Source: Edwardsiella piscicida
GTDB taxonomy: Bacteria > Pseudomonadota > Gammaproteobacteria > Enterobacterales > Enterobacteriaceae
Assembly (NCBI RefSeq): GCF_001896205.1
Contig: NZ_MPNU01000001.1
Span: 1,945,503 to 1,969,502, forward strand
Direction: 5' to 3'
DNA: 24,000 bases
This document shows, in pieces, positions 1 through 7,725 of the stretch; positions within the stretch are counted from its first letter, which is position 1, and the number at the start of each line of letters is the position of its first letter. The notes under the pieces are model-generated. The model did not search any database and was not told the origin of the DNA. It saw only the letters and a program-made list of their open reading frames with translations. The position numbers and the translations under genes are program-made.

Positions 1-274
1 ACGCTCTGAGCAGACCGCCACCGCGGGTGTCTTGAGGCGGTATCGATATCCACAAATTATCCAGAATGATAGCTTTCCTGCTTTCGTTGGATCAGAGGCG
101 GCGGGAGGACGTAAATTTTTGTGCAAGGGCTCGGCGACTCGCCCCGGCGTTAATACGTGTCGTCACCGTAGGTAGCCGTTCTTCACTCCGTGCTGAAGCA
201 GGGACAATGCGCTTTCCGGCTACATTGGCCCTCGCAATACCTGAGCCGGTGCGCTTGCGTCTCAAGTAACCGAT

Positions 275-306
275 CTCGCCGAGCCGCCCTTTGGCCGCCC
301 GGCGAG
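275..306 (-). terminator. GC-rich hairpin just 3' of ynfM (possible terminator)
   Basis: Arms ctcgccgagccgcc (275-288) and ggccgcccggcgag (293-306) form a 14-bp stem with 2 mismatches and a 4-nt loop. It lies 5 nt beyond the ynfM stop. There is no clear U-tract on the minus strand. Confidence 0.35.
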
Positions 307-310
307 GGCG

Positions 311-1588
311 TTATGAGAGGGGAGCGGCTTCAGGAAGACGCTGCAGCCGCCGGCCCAGCAGCCAGGCGAGCAGCAGCATGACGACCAGGAAGATGACGAT
401 ACCGTTCCAACCGTGGCTGTGCCAGAACACTCCGCCCAGCGTCCCGGCGACGCTGGAGCCGACGTAGTAGCTGAACAAATAGAGCGAGGAGGCCTGACCT
501 TTGGCCCGGCGCGCTCGGCGTCCGATCCAGCTGCTGGCCACCGAGTGGGCGGCGAAGAAGCCGGTGGTAAACAGCACCATGCCAATAAACACCAGCCACA
601 GCGCGGAGAAGGCGGTGATCAGCAGCCCCAGCAGCATAATGATGATCGCGACGCTCAGCACCGGGCCCCGGCCAAAGCGCGCGGTCATCGCCCCGGCCTT
701 GGGCGAGCTGTAGGTGCCGCTGATATAGACCAGTGACAGTACGCCGACGATAGCCTGGCTAAGGTAATAGGGCGAGGCCAGCAGGCGGTAGCCAATGTAG
801 TTAAACAGCGTGACAAAGCTGCCCATCAGCAGGAAGCCTTCGGCGAACAGCAGCGGAAGCCCCCGATCGTGGCAGTGCAGGCGCAGATTGAGCAGCAGGT
901 TGCGCGGGCGCAGAGAGGTCGGGCGAAAATGGCGCGAGGGCGGCAGGATCTTCCAGAACATCAGCGCGCCGCACAGCGCAAATAGCCCGATAACGGCCAG
1001 GGTGGCCCGCCAGGAAAAGTAGTCCGTCAGGACGCCGCTGATCAGTCGGCCGCTCATGCCGCCGATCGAGTTTCCGCTGATGTACAGCCCCATGGAGAAC
1101 GCGACTACCGAAGGATCCATCTCTTCGCTGAGATAGGTCATGGCCACGGCCGCGACGCCGCTCAGGGCTAGCCCCACCAGGGCTCGCATCACCAGAATGG
1201 CATCCCAGCTGCTCATCAGGGCGCAGATCAGGGTACAGATCGCCGCCAGCAGCAGCGCCGTGACCATGACATTTTTACGTCCGATGGCATCGGAGAGCGG
1301 GCCGGTAAACAGCAGCCCGATGGCCAACATGGCGGTGGACACCGACAGCGATAGGCTGCTGGTCGCCGGCGTGATGGCGAAATCCTGCGATAGCACCGGC
1401 AGGATGGGCTGTACGCAGTACAGCAGGGCAAAGGTGGCCAGCCCCGCTGAAAACAGGGCCAGCGTGACCCGCTTAAAATCGGGGCGGTCGCGGGTGATAA
1501 AAGGGGGTTTACCAGTAAGGCCATCGCTGATGGCGGTGGATGCCGGAGAGACGGTATCCGGCGCGGCTTCAGCCGGGGAGGTATTCAC
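311..1588 (-). CDS. ynfM: MFS transporter YnfM
   Basis: The ORF 311..1612 matches remembered E. coli YnfM along almost its whole length (FKRVTLALFSAGLATFALLYCVQPILPVLSQ, GLYISGNSIGGMSGRLISGV, RAKGQASSLYLFSYY). It lies divergent from a ynfL-like LysR gene, as in E. coli. The track start at 1612 is GTG. An internal GTG at 1588 has AAGGAT 5 nt upstream and is preferred, so the start is uncertain by 8 codons. Confidence 0.9.
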   Translation of the reverse strand: MNTSPAEAAPDTVSPASTAISDGLTGKPPFITRDRPDFKRVTLALFSAGLATFALLYCVQPILPVLSQDFAITPATSSLSLSVSTAMLAIGLLFTGPLSDAIGRKNVMVTALLLAAICTLICALMSSWDAILVMRALVGLALSGVAAVAMTYLSEEMDPSVVAFSMGLYISGNSIGGMSGRLISGVLTDYFSWRATLAVIGLFALCGALMFWKILPPSRHFRPTSLRPRNLLLNLRLHCHDRGLPLLFAEGFLLMGSFVTLFNYIGYRLLASPYYLSQAIVGVLSLVYISGTYSSPKAGAMTARFGRGPVLSVAIIIMLLGLLITAFSALWLVFIGMVLFTTGFFAAHSVASSWIGRRARRAKGQASSLYLFSYYVGSSVAGTLGGVFWHSHGWNGIVIFLVVMLLLAWLLGRRLQRLPEAAPLS

Positions 1589-1707
1589 ACAATATCCTTG
1601 TACGGGGCACACAGAGAGTCAGCGTAGGCCGCATCACGATCTGCGATGTCGACGCGGAACTAGGCTGCATGATAGCGAGCATAGAATTACGCCTGCTGAA
1701 TGTCTAA

Positions 1708-1732
1708 TATATTAATAAGAACCAATAATATA
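1708..1732. promoter_or_regulatory. LysR-type T-N11-A box in the ynfM/ynfL divergent region
   Basis: Perfect inverted repeat TATATTA-N11-TAATATA (1708-1714 and 1726-1732). It sits between the divergent ynfM and ynfL genes, about 130 bp upstream of the ynfM start. This is the classic LTTR recognition architecture. Confidence 0.5.
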
Positions 1733-1744
1733 TTTAAAGTATCA

Positions 1745-2692
1745 ATGGCCATGCGCATCGAAATTCGTCATCTAAAGTACTTTATCGCCGTTGCCGAGGA
1801 GCGACATTTCAACCGGGCGGCGGAGCGGCTGAATATCTCCCAGCCGCCGCTGAGCCAGCAGATCCAGGCGCTGGAGCGTGAGCTGGGCGCCTGTCTGCTG
1901 ATGCGCACCAACCGCAGCGTCAGTCTGACGCAGGCGGGGAGCCTTTTTCTGAAAGAGTGCTATGCCATCGTTGGCCAGCTGGAGCAGGCGGCAGAAAAGG
2001 CGGCTCGAGCACATCGAGGGGAGACCGGGGATCTGACCATTGGCTTTACCTCCTCGGTCCCCTTTATTCCCCGGGTGGCGCACAGCCTATTCGCCTACCG
2101 CCATCGCTATCCGCAGGTGCATCTGCAAATGCGCGAGCTCAATACCAAGCAGCAGATCGAACCGTTGGTTGAGGGAAAGCTGGACATCGGCATCTTGCGC
2201 AATACCCAACTGCCCGGCGTGCTGACGCACCGGGTGCTGCAGCGCGAGCCGCTGGTTGCGGTTTTACACCGTCATCATCCTTTGGCGCAGCGGGGGCAGG
2301 CGCTGAAGTTCTGCGACTTGGCCGACCAACCCTTTGTCTTTTTTTCCCGCGGCGATGGTACGGCGCTGTACGATGAACTGCTGTCGCTGCTGAAGAGGGC
2401 CGGCATTGTGCCGTATATTACGCAGGAGGTCGGCGAGGCGATGACGATCGTCGGACTGATCTCGGCGGGGCTGGGCGTCTCTATTCTGCCGGCCTCCTAT
2501 ACCCGTATTCAGGTGGACGGTGTGTGTTATCGCGCATTGGATGAGCCCGACGCCTATACCGAGGTGTGGCTCGCCTACCACCGCCAGCGTCCGCTGAGCG
2601 CACAGGCCAATGCGCTGATCGCGCTGCTGACCGCGCCATCCTCCGACGCCATGGTGGCGCCAGCCATGCTGGAAAACCCACCGAATGGGTAA
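1745..2692 (+). CDS. ynfL: LysR-family transcriptional regulator YnfL
   Basis: N-terminal wHTH IEIRHLKYFIAVAEERHFNRAAERLNISQPPLSQQIQALE and C-terminal ITQEVGEAMTIVGLISAGLGVSILPAS match remembered E. coli YnfL. The ynfM-ynfL-mlc synteny is also conserved. The track start at 1700 adds 15 AT-rich codons that overlap the LTTR box. The ATG at 1745 (MAMRIEIRHL) fits family N-termini, and 1751 is also possible. Confidence 0.88.
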   Translation: MAMRIEIRHLKYFIAVAEERHFNRAAERLNISQPPLSQQIQALERELGACLLMRTNRSVSLTQAGSLFLKECYAIVGQLEQAAEKAARAHRGETGDLTIGFTSSVPFIPRVAHSLFAYRHRYPQVHLQMRELNTKQQIEPLVEGKLDIGILRNTQLPGVLTHRVLQREPLVAVLHRHHPLAQRGQALKFCDLADQPFVFFSRGDGTALYDELLSLLKRAGIVPYITQEVGEAMTIVGLISAGLGVSILPASYTRIQVDGVCYRALDEPDAYTEVWLAYHRQRPLSAQANALIALLTAPSSDAMVAPAMLENPPNG

Positions 2693-2769
2693 GTATTTGT
2701 GCACTTAATCACATAACTAATCAAATGGTTGACGCCTTTTTGTAAAATACCCACCATACCCGGTAAGAT

Positions 2770-2792
2770 TTATTTTGAAGCGCGAAAAATAA
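2770..2792. promoter_or_regulatory. Mlc/NagC-type 23-bp operator upstream of mlc (autoregulation)
   Basis: TTATTTTGAAGCGCGAAAAATAA has TTATTTT/AAAATAA arms around a GCGCG core. This is the form of ROK-repressor (Mlc/NagC) operators. It ends 16 nt before the mlc GTG start. Confidence 0.6.
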
Positions 2793-2807
2793 CTGGGAGT
2801 AGCAGTA

Positions 2808-4031
2808 GTGATTGCTGACGGTCAGCCGGGGCATATTGATCAAATCAAGCAGATAAATGCTGGGGCGGTTTACCGCCTTATCGATCGTTTTGGCCCCATT
2901 TCGCGCATTGAGCTTTCAAAACGCGCACAGCTGGCTCCCGCCAGTATCACCAAAATCGTGCGTGAGCTGCTTGAGGCTCACCTGGTGCAGGAGACGGAGT
3001 TCCAGGAGCCCGGCAGCCGCGGGCGTCCTGCCGTGGGGCTTACGCTGGATACCGCCTCTTGGCACTATCTGTGCGTGCGGATTGGGCTGGGCACCATGAC
3101 GCTGGCGCTGCGCGATCTGAGCGGGGCGCTGGTCGCCGAAGATGAGCTCGCGCTGCCGGCGCAGGGGGAACTGCCGCTGCTGACCCGCATCGTGACCGAG
3201 ATCGATCTGTTTTTTACCCGCCACCAGCATCAGTTAGAGCGTCTGACGGCGATTGCCATCACGCTGCCGGGGTTAATCAACGCCGCCCAAGGGATCGTAC
3301 ACCGGATGCCGTACTATGCCGAGGTGCGTGACATGGCGCTGAGCGCCGAACTCTCGCGCCATACTGGGTTGCCGGTATATCTGCAGCATGACGTTTGCGC
3401 CTGGACCATGGCCGAATCGCTGTTTGGCGCCGGCGCGGGCTGTGCCAACCTGATTCAGATTGTCATTGACCATAACGTGGGCGCCGGCGTGATCAGCGAA
3501 GGGCGTCTGCTGAACGGGAGCCGTCAAAGTCTGGTTGAAATAGGGCATACCCAGGTCGATCCCTATGGTAAGCAGTGCTACTGCGGAAACCATGGCTGTC
3601 TGGAGACGATTGCCGGGCTGGGCAATATACTGACGCTGGCGCAGCAGCGCCTCGCGCTGTCGCCGTCGTCACAGCTGCACGCGGTCAGCCCGCTGAACAT
3701 TGAGGCGCTGTGTCAGGCCGCGCTGCAGGGAGATCAGCTGGGGCGGGACTTGATCAATAGCGTCGGCCATAGCGTAGGCCGCATCGCGGCGGTGATGGTT
3801 AACCTGTTTAACCCGGAGAAAATCCTGATAGGCTCACCGCTAAACCAGGCCGCAGAGGTCTTGTTCCCCTCCATTGCCAGCGCAATTCGGCAGCAGGCGC
3901 TGCCCCATTACACCCAGCATCTGTCGGTTGAAGCCAGCCATTTCCACCATCATGGTACAATGCCTGCCGCTGCGTTGGTCAAAGAAGCGCTGTATAACGG
4001 TTCGCTGCTGGTACAGCTGCTGCAAGGGTAA
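2808..4031 (+). CDS. mlc: ROK-family global glucose-PTS repressor Mlc (DgsA)
   Basis: GTG start with GGGAG 8 nt upstream. The 407-aa protein is collinear with remembered E. coli Mlc (QPGHIDQIKQ.NAGAVYRLID, LAPASITKIVRE.LEAHLV, EIGHTQVDPYGK.CYCGNHGCLETIA zinc motif, C-terminal YNGSLL..LLQG). Confidence 0.95.
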   Translation: MIADGQPGHIDQIKQINAGAVYRLIDRFGPISRIELSKRAQLAPASITKIVRELLEAHLVQETEFQEPGSRGRPAVGLTLDTASWHYLCVRIGLGTMTLALRDLSGALVAEDELALPAQGELPLLTRIVTEIDLFFTRHQHQLERLTAIAITLPGLINAAQGIVHRMPYYAEVRDMALSAELSRHTGLPVYLQHDVCAWTMAESLFGAGAGCANLIQIVIDHNVGAGVISEGRLLNGSRQSLVEIGHTQVDPYGKQCYCGNHGCLETIAGLGNILTLAQQRLALSPSSQLHAVSPLNIEALCQAALQGDQLGRDLINSVGHSVGRIAAVMVNLFNPEKILIGSPLNQAAEVLFPSIASAIRQQALPHYTQHLSVEASHFHHHGTMPAAALVKEALYNGSLLVQLLQG

Positions 4032-4075
4032 TTGTTCGCTTTTGTTTGCCGAGTTGTTACTCATTTCCCGTGAAT

Positions 4076-4120
4076 TCGCGCGGTGGGTAAGAAAATGATC
4101 CGCGCGATAAATAAAAATTT
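4076..4120 (+). terminator. Possible mlc terminator hairpin
   Basis: tcgcgcgg (4076-4083) pairs with ccgcgcga (4100-4107), an 8-bp GC stem with a 16-nt loop. It is followed by the A/T-rich taaataaaaattt. The loop is long, so confidence is moderate to low. Confidence 0.35.
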
Positions 4121-4257
4121 GAGCTAACGCAAGCCGCGTGAGAAGCGCTTCGCCTAGACTTTCTGGTTTATTGGCGATCGCGGGCACACAGCATACTTCC
4201 GGTCAGATCGTTCTGCTTTTCTATTATTAATCGGAGTCTCTCCGGAGTAATTATTCC

Positions 4258-4923
4258 ATGTTAAAACGCGTATTCGTTACGGGAACCGACACCGAGGTGG
4301 GTAAAACGGTGGCTTCTCGTGCGTTATTACAAGCTATTCAGGCGGCTGGGCACAGTGCGGTGGGGTATAAACCTATCGCCGTAGGCAGTGATGAGACCCC
4401 GCAGGGGCTCCGCAATCGAGATGCCGTCACGCTGCTCAACGCGTCCTCCATGGCGCTAAGCTATGACGAGGTCAATCCTGTCACCCTGCGCGAAGAGATA
4501 GCTAATGCCTATACCGGTGAGGCGCTGGACTACGGCGCTATGAGCCGTGGACTACAGCATCTGAGTGCCAAGTCGCAGCATGTCGTGGTGCAGGGAACCG
4601 GCGGCTGGCGGGTATTGATGCAGGATTTACGCCCGCTCTCCGAATGGGTTGTGCAGGAGCAGCTCCCGGTGATCCTGGTGGTAGGGATTAAGCTGGGCTG
4701 TATCAGCCATGCCATCTTGACCGCCCAGGCCATTATTAATGATGGCCTGCCGTTTGTCGGCTGGATTGCAAACCGGATTAACCCCGGCCTGTCGCACTAT
4801 GCTGAAACCATTGATGCTCTGAGGCAGAAGCTGCCGGCGCCGCAGCTGGGAGAGATTCCCTATCTGTACCGCCCAGAGGAAAAAGCGCTGGCACGCTATA
4901 TCGATTTGTCCGCGCTGGACTGA
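4258..4923 (+). CDS. ynfK: Dethiobiotin synthetase paralog BioD2 (YnfK)
   Basis: MLKR.F.TGTDT.VGKTV.SRALLQA P-loop, GGWR, LRPLSEWVVQEQLPV and GW.ANRINPGL.HYAE match remembered E. coli YnfK. The gene is adjacent to mlc, as in E. coli. Confidence 0.9.
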   Translation: MLKRVFVTGTDTEVGKTVASRALLQAIQAAGHSAVGYKPIAVGSDETPQGLRNRDAVTLLNASSMALSYDEVNPVTLREEIANAYTGEALDYGAMSRGLQHLSAKSQHVVVQGTGGWRVLMQDLRPLSEWVVQEQLPVILVVGIKLGCISHAILTAQAIINDGLPFVGWIANRINPGLSHYAETIDALRQKLPAPQLGEIPYLYRPEEKALARYIDLSALD

Positions 4924-4950
4924 CGCCGCGCGCGGAGAGCAGACGTTACT

Positions 4951-4986
4951 AAAACGGGCGTGCACTGTGCACGCCCGTTTGCTTTT
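4951..4986. terminator. Bidirectional rho-independent terminator between ynfK and ccp
   Basis: aaaa-cgggcgtgca-ctg-tgcacgcccg-tttgctttt is a perfect 10-bp GC-rich stem with a 3-nt loop. It is flanked by an A-run and a T-run and lies between convergent genes. Confidence 0.85.
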
Positions 4987-4996
4987 ACCTCAACGG

Positions 4997-6460
4997 CTAC
5001 GGATGGGCCGTCTCCGTCGTTGGCGTCGCCGGAGCTTCTGCGGCGGCCGTGTTCATCGGGTACGGCGTATAGACACCGTTCAGGCTCTTCAGGAAGGCCA
5101 CGATATCGTCGACATCGCTTTGCGGCAGGGTGACGCCGACCTGATAGCGCAGCATCTGCTTCACAGCCTCATCCAGCGTCTGCACATCGCCACGGTGGAA
5201 GTAGGGCCCGGTCAGCTCAACGTTACGCAGCGTCGGTACCTTCTGGCGCAGCTTATCGCGCAGATCCTGGGTGACGTTCATCCGACCGATGTCCGCGCTG
5301 GTCATTTCGCCAAACGGATATGCCTTGATCAGCCCGAGTGGCTCGTAAGACTCTCCCCCCATGGCCACGCCGGCGTGGCAGGTTGCGCAGCGGTTATCTT
5401 TAAATAGCTGATAGCCACGCTGCTGCTGGGTCGTGAGCGCGCTGCTATCGCCGCGCAGGTAGCGGTCAAACGCGGAGTTTGGCGTAATCAGGGTCCTCTC
5501 AAACTCGGCGATGGCGTCAGTGATGGTTTTTCCACTGAAGCCCTGCGGATATACCTTGAGGAACGCCTGCTTAAATGCCTGATCTTGATTCAGCTTATCG
5601 ATGATCTGCTCCCACGATGTGGACGCCATCTCGATCGGATTCAGCGGTGGCCCACCGGCCTGATCCTGCAGGGTTGCCGCACGTCCATCCCAGAACTGGG
5701 CGATGTTGAACGCAGAGTTAAACACCGTTGGCGCGTTGATGGGGCCAACCTGGTCATCGACGCCGAGCGATGTTTTCCGCCCATCGACGCCACCGGCGCC
5801 CAGCTGGTGACAGTGGGCGCAGGCCACGGTGTCATTGCTGGATAAGCGCGGATCGTGGTACAGACGGAATCCCAGCGCGACTTTTTCTGCGTTGACCGGT
5901 AAAGACTCAGGGATCGGCTGTATCGGCTCATTGCGCAGCGAGGGCGCCATATCCGGCGTTGCATAGTATTTTTGACGCTGCTCATCCACCCACGTCAGCA
6001 GCGTATCGCGATCGGCCTGCGACATCCGACCGGCCCAGTGCATCGCGGTATAGCGGGTTGGCGGCATGGTTTGATGCTGAACCACCCATTCCAGCTTATT
6101 GAGATCCGTCAGGGTCGGTGGTTGGCCGCTGGCGGTTTTCCACGGGGAGGGCTTCAGCAGACTTTCGCGCAGGGGAGTCAGGTTGAACGCCTTATATCCC
6201 TGATACATGTCATACTCCATCAGCTGTTTCACGCCGGGAACGCTGGCGTAAAACGGCAAATTAGCCGATGGTGTATGGCAGTAGTCACAGCCTTTTTCGC
6301 TCAGTATCCCCAATACCTGCGCATTAAGCGGTGAACTTGCCGGTTCACTCGGTACGGTATTACGCTGTTTGTCATGATTATAGACATAGCCGACCAACCC
6401 TAAGTAGCAGGCGAGACCGGCAATGACGATGCCTCCCGCCCATTTCGTTATTTTTTTCAT
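4997..6460 (-). CDS. ccp: Tri-haem cytochrome c peroxidase / quinol peroxidase (YhjA-type, membrane-anchored)
   Basis: Three CxxCH motifs are present (CDYCH, CAHCH, CATCH). There is an N-terminal TM anchor (WAGGIVIAGLACYLGLVGYVY). Bacterial di-haem CCP core motifs are present (FWDGRA, GPPLNPIEM, PTLRNVELTGPYFHRG). The preferred start is the ATG at 6460 (MKKITKW), with AAGGAG 7 nt upstream. The track extension to the TTG at 6577 is rejected. Confidence 0.9.
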   Translation of the reverse strand: MKKITKWAGGIVIAGLACYLGLVGYVYNHDKQRNTVPSEPASSPLNAQVLGILSEKGCDYCHTPSANLPFYASVPGVKQLMEYDMYQGYKAFNLTPLRESLLKPSPWKTASGQPPTLTDLNKLEWVVQHQTMPPTRYTAMHWAGRMSQADRDTLLTWVDEQRQKYYATPDMAPSLRNEPIQPIPESLPVNAEKVALGFRLYHDPRLSSNDTVACAHCHQLGAGGVDGRKTSLGVDDQVGPINAPTVFNSAFNIAQFWDGRAATLQDQAGGPPLNPIEMASTSWEQIIDKLNQDQAFKQAFLKVYPQGFSGKTITDAIAEFERTLITPNSAFDRYLRGDSSALTTQQQRGYQLFKDNRCATCHAGVAMGGESYEPLGLIKAYPFGEMTSADIGRMNVTQDLRDKLRQKVPTLRNVELTGPYFHRGDVQTLDEAVKQMLRYQVGVTLPQSDVDDIVAFLKSLNGVYTPYPMNTAAAEAPATPTTETAHP

Positions 6461-6563
6461 TGTTACAAAACTCCTTTTGAGAGTGTCAATACGGCTGCGG
6501 AGGCAGCCGACAAATGTCGGCGAACCGACGCGCCCATAGTGCAGGGTGGTCTCGCGTCGATAT

Positions 6564-6577
6564 TTGATAAGTGTCAA
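6564..6577. promoter_or_regulatory. FNR-like site TTGAT-N4-GTCAA upstream of ccp
   Basis: TTGATaagtGTCAA matches the FNR consensus TTGAT-N4-ATCAA at 9 of 10 positions. It is centred about 110 bp upstream of the ccp ATG. A weak -10 (CACTAT, 6541-6536 on the minus strand) sits at class II spacing. E. coli yhjA is known to depend on FNR and OxyR. Confidence 0.45.
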
Positions 6578-6585
6578 CGATAGAT

Positions 6586-6622
6586 GCAGGGATAACCTAT
6601 CATTAAGATAGGAATCGACAAT
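6586..6622. promoter_or_regulatory. OxyR-like four-element site upstream of the FNR site
   Basis: GCAG-N7-CTAT-N7-ATAG-N7-CAAT has the spacing of the OxyR motif ATAG-N7-CTAT-N7-ATAG-N7-CTAT. The two central elements are perfect and the outer ones match 2/4 and 3/4. Confidence 0.4.
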
Positions 6623-7044
6623 TAAGCGCGTTTTATTAGATGTATATACTGCCTTTTAGGCCGGATTTGGCGATTAATTTATATATTACAGGGTAATACT
6701 ATCTGTTTCTGACAGATGATCTGTACTCGACGCCATCGGCTGGACGACCGTGTGGCGAGAGGCACCGGCGCTGACGCCGCGGCGATCGCATCGTCAGTGA
6801 ACGCCGGCTTATTATGCGTTGGTTGGATAGAGAGATTACGCCGATAATGAATTCCCTTTCACCATACTTAATTGCATTATGATTATCTCTGTTGATATAG
6901 GTCGGCGCGGTGATCGCCAACCATAGCCGCATCGCTTTTACAATACAGAGATTTATTTAATTTATGAGTTATTGGGGAAGTATTAAGGTGACGCTAATAT
7001 AGCGATAAATTACCCATCGGCTTCACACTTTTTTATTAAGCCGG

Positions 7045-7072
7045 TTGAAGTTATTATAGGTGCAATTACAAT
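7045..7072 (+). promoter_or_regulatory. Sigma70 promoter of the beta-glucoside operon
   Basis: TTGAAG (7045-7050), a 16-nt spacer, then TACAAT (7067-7072). The predicted start lies a few nt before RAT1 at 7084. Confidence 0.5.
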
Positions 7073-7083
7073 ACTAAAACACT

Positions 7084-7112
7084 GGATTGTTACTGCACCT
7101 GCAGGCAAAACC
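7084..7112 (+). promoter_or_regulatory. RAT (ribonucleic antiterminator) element 1, BglG/SacY family target
   Basis: GGATTGTTACTGCACCTGCAGGCAAAACC is nearly identical to the remembered E. coli bgl RAT (GGATTGTTACTGCATTCGCAGGCAAAACC). It overlaps the 5' arm of the following terminator. Confidence 0.9.
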
Positions 7113-7150
7113 TGATCGTTGGCGATGACGTCAAAGGTCAGGTTTTTTTT
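7107..7150 (+). terminator. Leader terminator 1 (antitermination-controlled)
   Basis: AACCTGA (7109-7115) pairs with TCAGGTT (7138-7144) and is followed by T8 (7143-7150). The left arm is shared with RAT1. Confidence 0.85.
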
Positions 7151-7200
7151 GTCTTGTCGCCGTGCCGGCCTATCGACGGCGGCGGGAGCGCGCCCGGGGG

Positions 7201-7725
7201 ATGATGATGCGCATTGCCAAAATCCTGAATAATAATGTGGTGCTGGCGCTGGATAGCCGGCAGCGCGAGCTGGTGATGATGGGGCGAGGCCTTGCTTTTC
7301 ATCAGTGCGTAGGGGATATCCTGGATGAGGGTAGAATAGAGAAAATCTTTGCGCTTCAGTGTAATAGACTAAGCTGCAGACCTCATGACATGATTCTACA
7401 CCTTCCCCTGGATGCTATAGCCACCTGCGAGCGCATTATTTTATCGGTTTATACTGGCCAGGGTAAATTGCAGGCCGGGCTCGCCAGCGCCTTGGCAGAG
7501 TACTGCTATTGCGCCATTGAGCGACATCGGCGAGGGGCCGTTATTCACAATGCACTTTTACGGGAAATTATCGGGCGCTATCCGCGTGAGTTCGCGCTGG
7601 GACTGCAGGTGAAATCGCTGATCACCCAATATTTTAGTCTAGCGCTTAGCCATGATGAGGTCGGGTTTATTGCGCTGCACTTTGTCATGGCGCGATTAAA
7701 TAGCCATGGCGCCACGGGCCATTAA
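7201..7725 (+). CDS. BglG/LicT-family transcription antiterminator, truncated (CAT RNA-binding domain + PRD1 only, 174 aa)
   Basis: MMMRIAKILNNNVVLALDSRQRELVMMGRGLAF is the CAT domain. PRD1 features are present (PLDAIATCERII, EYCYCAIER, HDEVGFIALHF with the conserved His). The ORF ends in a tandem TAA-TGA about 100 codons short of BglG (278 aa). The preferred start is ATG 7201, not the track start at 7162. Confidence 0.85.
   Translation: MMMRIAKILNNNVVLALDSRQRELVMMGRGLAFHQCVGDILDEGRIEKIFALQCNRLSCRPHDMILHLPLDAIATCERIILSVYTGQGKLQAGLASALAEYCYCAIERHRRGAVIHNALLREIIGRYPREFALGLQVKSLITQYFSLALSHDEVGFIALHFVMARLNSHGATGH

Noticed and set aside
6461-6577. A 39-codon N-terminal extension of the peroxidase (TTG start at 6577).
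   Set aside because: The extension would cover the predicted FNR site. The ATG at 6460 has an AAGGAG SD and starts directly with the MKKITKW membrane-anchor sequence.
6588-6697. AGGGATAAC (6588-6596) and ACAGGGTAAT (6688-6697) together spell the two halves of the I-SceI site TAGGGATAACAGGGTAAT, about 90 bp apart.
   Set aside because: The site is not contiguous. The two pieces are simply a loose direct repeat CAGGG(A)TAA in AT-rich DNA, and the first overlaps the OxyR-like site. This is most likely coincidence, not an engineering scar or a homing-endonuclease target.
6699-6932. A 77-aa minus-strand ORF in the ccp/bgl intergenic region. I also traced a 44-codon plus-strand ORF from 6716.
   Set aside because: Neither has an SD or recognisable family similarity, and the 77-aa translation is Arg-rich. 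I cannot exclude a gene remnant without a BLASTX search.
7005-7030. A possible CRP site using the TCACA half-site at 7023-7027, since E. coli bgl is CRP-dependent.
   Set aside because: The partner half-site at the correct 6-bp spacing (ACCCA) matches TGTGA at only one position.
7162-7200. An upstream extension of the antiterminator ORF (MPAYRRRRERARG...).
   Set aside because: It begins immediately after the leader terminator T-run and is Arg-rich and non-homologous. BglG-family proteins start at the M..I.KILNNN motif, which begins at 7201.
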